This document shows, one piece after another, positions 24,607 to 37,059 of a stretch of DNA of 64,000 nt; the first letter of the stretch is position 1; each line of letters opens with the position of its first letter. This DNA is from Octopus sinensis (taxonomy: Eukaryota): the NCBI RefSeq assembly GCF_006345805.1, contig NC_043013.1, positions 58,404,001 to 58,468,000 on the forward strand, read 5' to 3'. The notes under the pieces are model-generated. The model was not told the origin of the DNA and did not search any database. It saw only the letters and a program-made list of their open reading frames with translations. Position numbers and translations under genes: made by a program.

Positions 24607-26771
24607 TGTGTGTGTGTGCGTGTGTGCGTGCGTGTATGGCTTGCTTTTAACTACATTGAATCTTTGAAGATTATTCTCGTTCAAGCAACATGAATTTTCC
24701 AGCAGAATTCGTTACATTAGCACACGGCACTTTATTGAAGTAAAATCACTTCACTGACTGTAATTGTACACTTATGATGTGCCATTGTGAATGTAACTGT
24801 ACTCAGAAAGTATCTGATATTGTTTCTGCTTGGAATACTTTGCTGAGATGTTTTCTTCTTCAGTACCTAGATAGGGATAAACAACAACACGTGAGTGTTT
24901 ATACGTGTTGCTTAGTTTTTCTACGGTTATGTTGAAAAATCATGTTCATTTATAGACAATGGATTCCAGAAGCTGTTACAGTCATTCATGGACAGTGAAA
25001 ATCAGAACGAAGATAAATTTGCTTGCAATACGGTTTATTACGGGCTGTAACGGATACTGACCAGATCGCTTGCTGCCCAAACTATAGATTATCTATTCAA
25101 ACATGTTTTCACGTTCTGTAAAATAGAGCAGACTATTTCTATCCGTTATTTAGTAAATATCTTAAAGAATATGTGACACAAATCAAACACGTGAAACAAA
25201 TCAACTGTTTTCCATAAGTACGAAAGATAACAGAATTAATGCCTACAAGGAAATCTGTCAATTTTCCAACTAATACAAACCACCGCTCCTACGCTACACA
25301 ATCAGATACATAGTTTTGAGTAAGAAACGGGGGGGGGATGTTGCTCGAGTTGAAATTACGGAAGGGATGCAAATGAATCGTTATTATGAACGTATTGTAT
25401 GCATAATGAAACTGTGCTGATATAGGAATATATAAATTCATAATTAGCGCATTAATTCGACAGAAATATTCAAACTAGAGCAATCTTAAAGAAGATGGAG
25501 GAAATATATTTGATATTTGCAAGAAATTAACGGAAAATAATTGCTAGGAAATAAAATATTCATTGAATAAAATTGTAATATATTTCCAATCGTATTATAT
25601 TGTTTGTGTTTTCTTAATGATATTTTATTTTCTACACACGATTACAAAACACGTAATGCACATACAAATATATAAATATGTATATATGTATGAGTGTTTG
25701 AGTGTGTGTATGTGTGTAATTGTTTGGTGTGTATGTATAAATATATACAAATACGTATGAGTAGTGATAATGTATTTCAGACATTACATTCACGCTTATT
25801 AATCGCTACGTGTGATTGTAGAAATCTGCCTTCTTGCTAATATGTATGACAACTCTATTTAAAGTGATTCGGAGTTTGTTTGTGTGCGTGTATATGTGCA
25901 TGTGTGTATATGTGTGTATATGTCAATGTACGTACAGAGAATCAATGTGCTATAGAAGGCAATAGAAATGCTTATTGAACATGAAAATATCATTAATAGC
26001 AATAATCAGAACATAATTTCACCCTAGGAGCATATAATTACTGCTCATATTTTAGGCAAAATGCCCCTTTTCAGAAAGTTCAGACAATGAAAGTGAAATA
26101 CGTCTCTTATATTAGTTTTCTATTCTGTATGTGTGTCGTGAACCAGGAACCACCTGTTGAGATGTAGAATTTTGAACTTACAATAAATTGTGTTATATGG
26201 AATGCGAGGAGTATGTAATGAATCTACTTTAGGTATTGTCGCAGGTGGGAAGCTATACGACTAATTCTAGTGTATCCCTCGGTGCGGAAGCATTTCGTCA
26301 GGCGATGTGATAACGGCTATCTCGGTAAACAAACTATTTTACTCGGATTTAAAACATCATGTTGTTAGAGACCGTAGGTTTAAGTCTTTGGGTGAGGAAT
26401 GGTGAGGGACAGATTTCGTTGCGCAGTTATTGATACAGACAGGTAGTAATTAAGAAAAATATGTGATTGTAGTCCCTGTCAGAATGTATGCTTACAATTA
26501 TGTGCTTTGACTACAGCATAATAGCAATTTAGCTCTTATTTCTAGCAATGTAGGTGTCTCTAACATCCAAGTCGCATTTAGTGACAGTTATAATTTTCGT
26601 TTTTGGTAGAACATTGCACACTGCTGTCTACATTAATTATATAGTTTATTGGCGTAAAAGGTTGCGGACGTTTCCTACACCGAAGTTCGATAAGTTGGAA
26701 AACATTTTTGTTATAGTTCACGCTTAGCAACTAGGATTGTTATGAATGCGAATAAAAATCAAAATTTAGGG

Positions 26772-26913
26772 AATGGAGAAGGTAAAATCTAGACGCGTGC
26801 GCACGCATGTACGACACGATAGGCACACAGAGTGTCTCTATAGTACCCCATAGGTGTGAACGCGTGCCAGGGTTTTACCTGGCTGGACTTTACCTGCTCC
26901 ATTCTTTCAACGC
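26772..26913. mobile_element. ~140-bp MITE with 23-bp imperfect TIRs
   Basis: AATGGAGAAGGTAAAATCTAGAC vs GGCTGGACTTTACCTGCTCCATT (4 mismatches to perfect IR). Confidence 0.6.
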
Positions 26914-28072
26914 TCAGTAAAATATCTGAACATCTTAATTTAGTTATGGTAAAAGAGTGACCCCATGAAATACATGTCGAAGCTCTGTTTAAATATAATC
27001 ACACAAAAATTCGATTAACGGTATATGTATATGTTCCAAATTGTAATTATTTAATAACTCTGGGAAAAGCGCTGGTATTGTGTGTTGATGTAACGAAACA
27101 TTGACGGTATAGGATTGAGCATCTATAAATACTTTCTGTTCTACAGCCGTGCTTAGAAGCTTCCACAAGATTTGAACGCATCCACAGTTATTGACGAAGT
27201 GTTTTGCTGAGGAAGACCTCAGTCAGTAGTGTATGACTGAACTGACGTCATAGAGCCGTACGCATATGCACACACACGCTGACACACACGCACACACACA
27301 CAGACGAATATACACACATGCACAGAGAGAGGGGGGCACATGTTTCGGTGATACATTTACCTATCAACTAATTTGATCTGAGACCGTGTGTTTATATATA
27401 TATTCATACAGCTTTGGATATGATTTTATGTTGATTTGGTCGCTATTTCCAGCAAATACTACAATTGCACAAAGGTTGTTGTAAGTCTGATCTGTCAGAG
27501 ATGTGAGGAGAAATAGTTTCTGTGAACAACTTCTCCTTCAATGAAAATTTAGCTCTGCGTCAAACGAATATGAAACTGATCGAATTGTCAACTCCACCTA
27601 CTTTTATTATCCTACGATTTCCGAAAGAAAGACAATTCAGTTCTGGAATCGGAGTAAGGCTGAGAAGAGGAGATAGAGGGGTAAGTTTTCTCACGAGAAA
27701 ATTTTATATTAACTGGAATGAAATAATCATTAATGGCTTACATGGAACAAAAAAAGTTGGATTACAGCTACAGGCATTTGCTGCAGCAGCTTTAGATGTA
27801 CATAAAGTGGACAAATATAAGAGTGTGTGTGTATGTGTGTGTATTTGGGTATTTGTGTGTGTATGTGTGTGTATTTGGGTATTTGTGTGTGTATGTGTGT
27901 GTGTAAGGAGTAAGTTTTCAGAAGTGAATATTTATATAGATATTAATTATTGTTATTTTTATCTTCGGTAAATATAAATAGTTGGCAATAACACCACTAA
28001 TATAGGTATTTTCAGGCCTTAAATAGCATCAAATAGCTACAGAATTAAAATTTATATTCGTCATAAAGACAG

Positions 28073-28630
28073 ACAAGGAACCTACCTGCTAGAAAGCAGA
28101 GTTAAAAGCCTCAGTCGAACCACCAATAACTGAAAATTTCAACAGAAAAACAACAATTGGCGAGCGAACGGGTTAAATAATGTTGACATACCAAAGATAG
28201 TTGAATGCGAGATATTTTGGTATTTGGATACACTTGAATCATGATTTTTAGTTCTGGCGAAAAGCCTCAACCTTCATCTGCAACTTTGACCATATCTTTA
28301 TAAATATTCACTTCTGAATATTTTTTTCTCTTTATTGAAGCTATTCTGATTTTGATGCAAAACAATTCCGAATGCCTTCAGAGTTCATCGTGACGAGTTA
28401 AAAGATTGAAAACTTGCTGAAGAAGGTTGAGGGTTCTCCGCAGAACTAGAAATCATTATTCCAGTGTATCTAAATACCAAAATATTTAGCATTGATCTGT
28501 CTTTGGTGGTATGTCAAAATTCTTTAACCCGCTCGCCCACCTATTGTTGTTTTTCTATTGACTTTTTCAGTGTTATTGGTGGTTTACCTGAGGTTTTTAA
28601 CTCATCTTTCGAGCAAGTAGGCGCCTTGTG
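28073..28630. mobile_element. Old foldback element / long inverted repeat (~225-bp arms, ~100-bp spacer)
   Basis: 28073-~28300 aligns to the reverse complement of ~28400-28630 at roughly 80% identity by eye (shared blocks GAGTTAAAA.CCTCAG, ACCACCAATAAC, TATTTTGGTATTT.GATACACT.GAAT.ATGATTT.TAGTTCTG). Confidence 0.85.
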
Positions 28631-28658
28631 TGCCCTTGGGATATGTGTGTGTGTTTGT

Positions 28659-28728
<70 letters not shown>

Positions 28729-29052
28729 ATAAGAAAAGAAAGAAATAATTGTTATAAACTTCATTAACTTACAACTGTTTCTACTATAAACTACAATGCA
28801 CATATAGTTGTGCGCTATTTGAGTAACACCCAATAGCTTCATCGGAGCTTCAAACATGAAGTGGTAAGCATTTGGGTAAACATTTACAGAAATACATAGA
28901 GAAGCATTACCATTGAAAACGCATTCACATGTGTAGGTAAAGAATTTCAGAAGATTGCCAAGGAAACCCCATGAATTAGAATACGATAAATTTTAAAAGG
29001 GTATAAGGATAAGTATTTGAGAAATTTCATTGATAAAAGATAAAAAGACTGT

Positions 29053-29352
29053 GGAGGCTCAATGGCCAAGTGGTTAGGGCAGCGGACTCACGGTCGGAGG
29101 ATCGCGGTTTCGATTCCCAGACCGGGTATTGAGCGAAAACATCTAAAAGTTCCATAAGACTCCGGCAGGGGGTGGTGGCGACCCCTGTTGTACTCTTTCG
29201 CTCCAACTTTCACTCTTTCTTCCTGTTTCTTGAGTAACGCTGCGATGGACTGGTGTCCCGTCCAGCTAGGGGGAACACATACGCCATAGAAACCGGGAAA
29301 CCGGGCCCATGAGCCTGGCTAGGCTTCAAAAGGGCACATAAATAAATAAATA
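29053..29352 (+). mobile_element. Full-length tRNA-headed SINE (family distinct from A and B)
   Basis: A box TGGCCAAGTGG, B box GGTTTCGATTCC, block GCTGCGATGGACTGGTGTCCCGTCCAG, (AAAT)n tail, approximate TSD TAAAA(A/T)GACT. Confidence 0.85.
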
Positions 29353-29808
29353 AAATGACTAAAAGATCAATATAGTTTTTCCAGCAAGTTCTATTTTGGA
29401 TACATAAAATTGATTATGTACTCTCTTCTTGCGCAATTCTTCTTCATATATTCTTTGCACTTCTTCCTTTGTTTTAACATTTTTTTCTCTGTTATCAATA
29501 CTTCCTCGTTCCTAATTGTCACAAGTTTTCCTTACTTTGCGCTAGGTATCTCATTAAGCTCTCGGGTTCGATACGCACATTATCATTATTATTATTATTC
29601 TATGTTTGACTTTTGCTCCAAGTCTCACCCAGAGACCTCAAGAGACACCAGGTTGGAAGTTCACGTTGTTGTTATGCCTAGTGTGCCATATATTTGGGGG
29701 TTTTTTTTTTGGTGTTGTACTACTCAATGTCTAATACATAAATAAAAAAAAAAAAGTTTGTTTTAAACCTTGGGATTACATAGAGAGTATTCTATGTAGG
29801 ATATGAGC

Positions 29809-29851
29809 AGTTATTATTATTACTATTATTATTATTATTATTATTATTATA

Positions 29852-29882
<31 letters not shown>

Positions 29883-30823
29883 AAATTATTATTTTTATTA
29901 TGGAGTCAGAGAGCAGTGCATACCATCTAAGTGACACTGGGGTAAAATATACGAAGTCCAGTATACCCATCATGACTACACGTCTGATAAGAGTACACCA
30001 AGCACATGCATCACAACCATATGTGCACGACATGATGATCTCATATCAAGATAAACAGCGCGTGACCTTGCAGGTGGGGTGGCGGGGCCTAGTTAAAATT
30101 TTCTTCAGGTCGAGTAGCCTATCCCGCTCAAAAGGTCCCTGAATAAGATTTTATTTGAGGAGGCTCAACTAAACACCCCACCTTTCCAAAAGCGAATTAT
30201 CCAAACCACAAAGAATTCCTCCCAACACATGGCTGTTATGTTCCCCCCTCCTTCTCGTAACTGCAATATCAATTCTCAGGTCTCCACATTTATCAACCTT
30301 TTCTCTTTCTTTCATGATCCCCTAGCACTGCCACGTCAATTATTAGGCCCGCCTGTTTGTCCCTCCAAAACGTTGCTATATCCGGTTCGGAGATCTAATA
30401 CCTTGTCTGTCTGGATGTGAAACTCCCAGAGGATTTTTGCCTTCGCATTTTCGTCCATTACTTTTTCCGGTGTATGTTGGTACCGCAACCTCATATCCAT
30501 ACTTACGGCACAGTAGCCATTATTATTATAAGTATTATTGTTGTTGTTGTTGTTTCCGTTCACATTAATGGCACGTAGTGTAAATGAAATGGGTACCAGT
30601 TGAACATTTGGATCGATGTAATCGTCTTATCCCCACCCTTAAAATTGCTGGCCTTGTGTTAAAATTTGAAACTATTATTATTGTTGTTGGTGTTGTTGTT
30701 ACTATCATTATCACTACTACTACACCTACTACTACTAATAATAATAATAATAATAATTATTATTATTATTATTATCATTATTATTATTATCATTATTATT
30801 ATTATTATTATTATTATATATTA

Positions 30824-30854
<31 letters not shown>

Positions 30855-31727
30855 AAATTATTATTTTTATTATGGAGTCAGAGAGCAGTGCATACCATCT
30901 AAGTGACACTGGGGTAAAATATACGAAGTCCAGTATACCCATCATGACTACACGTCTGATAAGAGTACACCAAGCACATGCATCACAACCATATGTGCAC
31001 GACATGATGATCTCATATCAAGATAAACAGCGCGTGACCTTGCAGGTGGGGTGGCGGGGCCTAGTTAAAATTTTCTTCAGGTCGAGTAGCCTATCCCGCT
31101 CAAAAGGTCCCTGAATAAGATTTTATTTGAGGAGGCTCAACTAAACACCCCACCTTTCCAAAAGCGAATTATCCAAACCACAAAGAATTCCTCCCAACAC
31201 ATGGCTGTTATGTTCCCCCCTCCTTCTCGTAACTGCAATATCAATTCTCAGGTCTCCACATTTATCAACCTTTTCTCTTTCTTTCATGATCCCCTAGCAC
31301 TGCCACGTCAATTATTAGGCCCGCCTGTTTGTCCCTCCAAAACGTTGCTATATCCGGTTCGGAGATCTAATACCTTGTCTGTCTGGATGTGAAACTCCCA
31401 GAGGATTTTTGCCTTCGCATTTTCGTCCATTACTTTTTCCGGTGTATGTTGGTACCGCAACCTCATATCCATACTTACGGCACAGTAGCCATTATTATTA
31501 TAAGTATTATTGTTGTTGTTGTTGTTTCCGTTCACATTAATGGCACGTAGTGTAAATGAAATGGGTACCAGTTGAACATTTGGATCGATGTAATCGTCTT
31601 ATCCCCACCCTTAAAATTGCTGGCCTTGTGTTAAAATTTGAAACTATTATTATTGTTGTTGGTGTTGTTGTTACTATCATTATCACTACTACTACACCTA
31701 CTACTACTAATAATAATAATAATAATA

Positions 31728-31817
<90 letters not shown>
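29809..31817. repeat. Tandem duplication, 972-bp unit x2, bounded by (ATT)n arrays
   Basis: Supplied ORFs repeat identically at offset 972 (29900/30872, 30229/31201, 30336/31308, 30584/31556). I found no difference outside microsatellite length. Confidence 0.95.
29899..30510 (-). mobile_element. Chimera: R4/Dong endonuclease fragment fused to the 3' part of family X (second copy at 30871-31482)
   Basis: 30510->30261 minus encodes YQHTPEKVMDENAKAKILWEFHIQTDKVLDLR..KEREKVDK.GDLRIDI, joined directly to family X sequence ending in (AAT)n. Confidence 0.8.
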
Positions 31818-32037
31818 TCTTTACTACACACAAGGGGCTAAACACAGAAGGGACAAACAAGGACAGACAAATGGATTAAGTCGATTACATCGACCCCAGT
31901 GCGTAACTGGTACTTATTTGATCGACCCCGAAAGGATGAAAGGCAAAATCGACCTCGGCGGAATTTGAACTCAGAACGTAGCGGCAGACGAAATATCGCA
32001 AATCATTTCGCCCGGCGTGTTAACGTTTCTGCCAGTA
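31817..32037 (-). mobile_element. Full-length family A SINE (tail type 1)
   Basis: Reverse complement of head, core and tail as at 1636-1862. Confidence 0.9.
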
Positions 32038-32374
32038 TCGTTAATGTTTTGTATTTCCACTGCACTCCAGGCACTTCTGTTAGCTGTAGCTGGACACACA
32101 TCACTTTGCTGCACCTAATTTATTCTCCCGCAACTAAGATTTCAAATGAAGTAAATCGACAGCTAACTTCATTTAAGTTGTACTTGTATTTGAATCTTCT
32201 GTTTATGCTTGACCTATGGCGCCCTTCTGATGTAATGTTATCTGCCATTGGCATTAATACTATAATATGCCGGTATCACGAGTCAAGATAGCTTAAACCA
32301 AAACGTCTTTAACGAGCCTTATTCTTGAACATTCGGATGACGTCGAAACAAGTGATATTCTGTAAGAACGGGAA

Positions 32375-32414
<40 letters not shown>

Positions 32415-34994
32415 AAACACTGAACAAACATTAATCCATTAAATTTCCTACATGTGTGTATATATATATATATTTGTGTGTATGTATATTTGCGTGTTTG
32501 CTTACATATCTGTACACGTAAAGATAGTGATTCATATATCGCTTTAGCGAAATTGTTAATTCGTGGATTACAACTCTCCAAGATGTTGAAATTGCCAAAA
32601 GAAACTAAGGTAAACATGAATTAGCGATCAAGATTATTCTTAAAGTGAAGTTTCTTGATTTTCTAATCGCGAGAAAAAGAATGGATTCAATGGTGTCAAC
32701 AGGGTGACCCAAACTCCCTGATATAATTAGGATTTGGATTATAGTCGTAGCCAGCGTCAGTTAATAATATCGAAAGATTAAAAGAAACAACACAAACTGA
32801 TCGAAATAACGTTTAAATCTCAGCAAGTTTTCACTTGGAATACTTTGACGAGAATTCTCCATCACATTGCTTTCGTTATTCTAAAGTACACGTGCTTGCT
32901 TCTATTCTTTATATATTCGTGTAGAAATCCAGGTGATTCCTTACAGATACCAACTCTCACACACGCTACAGGTAACTCTGGAGATTTTACTTAATTATCA
33001 ATACTCATAGTTTTCATCATGGTTCATAGCAGCTGAATATTTCTTTTCGAAAACAGTCAAAACAGAAAAGTATTCCTGAGACTGGAAAAGATGGTCGAAA
33101 CCCTTCCAGCGTAGTGGACACCGCTAAAGAGAGCCAGTGACGATGTAATGATGTTAAACTATGAATGTCAAAATTCCAATCAATATTGGTTTTTGCCAAG
33201 CATCTTAGATCATATTTAAATAACAAACAAATCGATATCAATTTCTTTTCCATTTAATAATGGATTTAATTGCTTGTAATTTTCTATATCAAAGGCCATT
33301 CATCAATAGTTAATTAGTCTTACTGATTTCAATTAAGTTCCTGGTGTAGTTATGTCCATATTAATCAGTTAAACATTGACTGACCTTGCAGTGCTCCTGC
33401 TGCTTACAGCACCTAAATTCCACATGGATCTCAATGACAACTGGGTGGATGGCCCTATACGCGATCCCTTATTTGGTTGCTCCTTTTATAATAAATAGCG
33501 ATGACAAGACCCTTGAATTCCATTTAATCATCTTAAAAACAAAGCATACATTTATAATGTACTTCTAGTTGCATAGTGGCTGGAATTTTTATGAAAGTAA
33601 ATCTATTCGATCAGAGATGAGCAAAGGCTACATCACAACTACCGTGACATCTAGGGTTATTGATCAAGCGATTGTAATGCGATTTAATCATATCATCTGT
33701 ACAACACTTGTGGAAATAAATGACTCTAACCTGAATGTATTAAACTATTTCTTTCTAAAATCTTTCTTCAATCTATTATTGTCTCAAATTTCCAATCAAC
33801 TATTCCAATTAAATTCAACTAACTTGGACATATTTCAATTCGCTGACCAGAAATTTATTTGCTCATCTATTTCTCCCATTCTTGATCCGTTATCCTTTCT
33901 CGGCTCTTAGGAATACACTCCAGGCATTATTAGAACTCATTTTTGTTAAAGTTTACAATACACAAATACTGAAATAGTTTTATTTGTGTCACCTGCTAGA
34001 TCTGCCTTTGCACCTTAATATATTTGTTTGTTTCAAACGTTAACCCTTAGACACATTCCGAACATTTTGTTTTGTACGGAGCATCTAATCGTAGATATTG
34101 GAAAATATGGTTTGATTATGCTCTAATGTCTTTCATTATTAGGACTGACATTTTTGATGGCTTAGAAGATAGGGCAGTACTTGTGGCATCATCTTTGTTA
34201 TTTCTGAAAGACATCTCTGACGAATGGAGGAATTTACTTTTAGACTTGGGACAAAAACCTGAACGTGTGCAACAAACGAATTCGTAAAGTACAGTCAAAC
34301 CTGACAGTGGATTGAGTCTACCGCTTCCCTCCATTTATCATTTTTAACTTACGACTCACAGTCATAGCTTTGATTACAAAAGACAATATAGGTGCAATAT
34401 GATTCCTGTTTGTGGTGTAACCCTATCGCAGGTTATTTGTATCCAGCATTTATTTCTTAGCCCCTGTTCCTTTTGTTTTCTTTTCACACTTATGCTTCTA
34501 TTTTTGCGACAGATGCTTGTATCAAAAAAGCTCTTTACGCTACCAATTTCTATAAGAAAGCACGAGCAAATTGATACATCCTTCTTTCACCCATCCTCAT
34601 GGCTTTCACCGACTGGACACACACAACTTTCCGAATGTTTAAGTTTATGTTAAACACCATTTACATTATAATTTCTTCATACTTATTTTGGAAGTTTTTC
34701 ACATTTCCTGATGAGACATCGACCTCGGTAACTTGTCAACTTTCATGGGATGGTTACTCCATAATTATGTCGATGACGTCAGCAAGTCATGAGGTGGTTG
34801 TCACAGGAGAACGACTTACAACATCTTTTCACCATTTACGTCGTAGTTATTGCGTAGTTATTTCAGTGACATTAATACGTCTTGTCAGCATTTACTAAGA
34901 CAAGAGTAATTACTTAGGAAATTTATCGATGTAACCTCAACCCAGTAAATTTATTGAAAAAGAAGAAACATACATTATTGATTACTTTGTAGGT

Positions 34995-35230
34995 TATCAA
35001 GACAAAAAGAGAGCCTGGTCGTGGTCGCTCGACCTGCTAGAGATAGATGATTGAGTCTCTATTTGATCACATCAAACATATTTGAAACAGTCAAAGCGGA
35101 ATTTGAAAACGTAATTTTACATGGACTACACCCGAAAAAAATAAAAGAAGCGCTGGTCACAGTTTGAACTGTGATTAAACTGTTGGAAGTTAACAACGCT
35201 GTGCTTCACCAAGTCTGGTATAAAACAAAG
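34995..35230 (+). repeat. Degraded interspersed repeat (family C)
   Basis: GGTCGCTCGACCTGCTAGAGATAG; related GCTAGAAATAAC/GCAAGAAATAGCAG motifs near 23335 and 48458. Confidence 0.4.
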
Positions 35231-35309
35231 ACAGAAACTTTTAGCCCTGGTAAACAGCACTGGTTTCAAATTTTGTCACAAAGCTAGGAATTTCGTCTGT
35301 CGTCCGCAG

Positions 35310-35445
35310 TAATCAACTTTATCGACGACGGGAAGCTGAAAGGCAAAGTCGACCTCGGCGGGATTTGAACTGAGAACGAAAAGACGGACGAAATGCCGCG
35401 AACCATTTTGTTGGAAGAGCTTGTGTATCTGCCAACTCACCGCCT
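35310..35445 (-). mobile_element. Family A SINE fragment
   Basis: GAAAGGCAAAGTCGACCTCGGCGGGATTTGAACTGAGAACG is the reverse complement of the core. Confidence 0.8.
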
Positions 35446-35571
35446 TCCCATGGCGCACCATATTACCAATTCCAAGAGTGAAATATTCTTCAAATTATTA
35501 AAACGGTAAATATAAATGGGTTGCTAATTTTTCTACCTAATAATTTCAATTTATAATCAAATAAGATTATA

Positions 35572-36419
35572 TACGAGGTGGTATCAAATAGTTTCCGGAC
35601 TAGTTATCTTTAATTAAAAAAAAATAACATATTTTTAACATTACCTCCTTCGAATTAGTCACGGTCCACAGTATTACACCTGCTTCAGCGTTCCTGCCAC
35701 TTTCGGAATCCGGCCTGACAGTCATTTTTCGTAAGCGAGTCGAGGACCATCAGCGATTCGCTCTTGATCTCGAGAACGGTGTGAAAACAGCCACCTTTGA
35801 GCTGCATTTTCATTATGGTGAAGACACGGAAGTCCGCTGATGCTTAATCCGGTGAATAGGGCGATCGCGGAAGAGAGATCAAGTTGTTTTTTGGGCGAGA
35901 AACACACGGTGACAGGGTGCATTGTCGTCATAAAAATTCAATCCTTCGGTCTCCCGAGATCTGGTCGCTTTCGCCGAATTTCTCGTCTCAAACGCTTCAA
36001 AACATCACAGTAGAACTCTGGATTGTCGGCCTAGCCCTGAAGGACCGAATTCTCGATGCCCAACGCCACAGGTGTCCTCCGATGATCCTCATGCACCAGC
36101 TTAGGAATTTTCCCCGCATTTCCGAGGTAACGCTCCTGACAGATCTTCCAGATTGTGCATCATCTTCCAGGGACGTTCTTCCTCTTTTGAAGCGCCTGTG
36201 CCACTCGGAACATTCCGTACGACCCATTGTTTCATTGCCGTAAAATTACCAAAGCATGGCCTTTTGTTCCAGCTTCTTGTCCCGGACAAAATCGCAGACC
36301 ACAGCATACACGTGATAAAGAAAATACAAATTTCACAACTTGCGAAGTAAACATAGCAATGGAACTCGGCACACTTGCCTCATGAAAGTCACAGCCAGTT
36401 CTCACTGCACACGCTACTG

Positions 36420-36420
<1 letters not shown>
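35572..36420 (-). mobile_element. Internally deleted mariner (Tc1/mariner) transposon
   Basis: TA + TIR-like CGAGGTGGTATCAAATAGTTTCCGGACT at left end; minus strand HTH region (MGRTECSEWHRRFKRGRTSLEDDAQSGR) and catalytic remnants (F..DNAP.H); right end runs into (TA)n with no second TIR seen. Confidence 0.85.
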
Positions 36421-36484
<64 letters not shown>

Positions 36485-37059
36485 TATATATATATAATAT
36501 ATATATATATATATACCCTCTCTCCGCTATTACTTCCGACTTAACTCGACATTTATCCTCTAACTTTATAACACTTCGCATTTCACTACAACCTATCTTT
36601 ATTTCTCTCGCTCTCACTCTCTCTCCTCTTATTTATATTCATCTTTTCTATTCAGCATCTAGTCTTTCAATATCTCTCACTTTTTGAAATGCTTAAAATA
36701 TAATAACTGAAATATATGACAAATATTAAGAAGGGAAGAGGGGATAACTATTAAAGTCCAATAAAGATGTTGAACTAAAATAATACACACGAAATATTCA
36801 AATTAAATTCCTAGAATATTTGATTTTGTATTTAATGTTTCGTCTGCCTGCAATTGCGTAGCTTATTGTTTGAAAGTTGTGTGTTGGGAGATGTTGACTG
36901 ATTTAATTAGCTGTTAGCAGCGATGTCTATTCGATGTATGTGTGCAGTTGAATAACAAATTCATAAATTTACTCGTCGCTATTAAATTATGTGTTTGATA
37001 TCTAAAGTGAACCGGGAGTGCTCACAAATGCTATCACAGTTCACTTTGGTAAAATGAAT

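Noticed and set aside
29053-29125. tRNA-like sequences (also 43083-43150, 47565-47640, 1636-1720)
   Set aside because: A/B boxes present but no complete cloverleaf; each continues into a SINE body, so not tRNA genes.
34687-34745. CTGATGA-GACA...TGTC hammerhead-like start
   Set aside because: GAAA core absent after the stem; other CTGATGA hits (14235, 18030, 21460, 45470, 60183, 63047) also lack stem II/GAAA.
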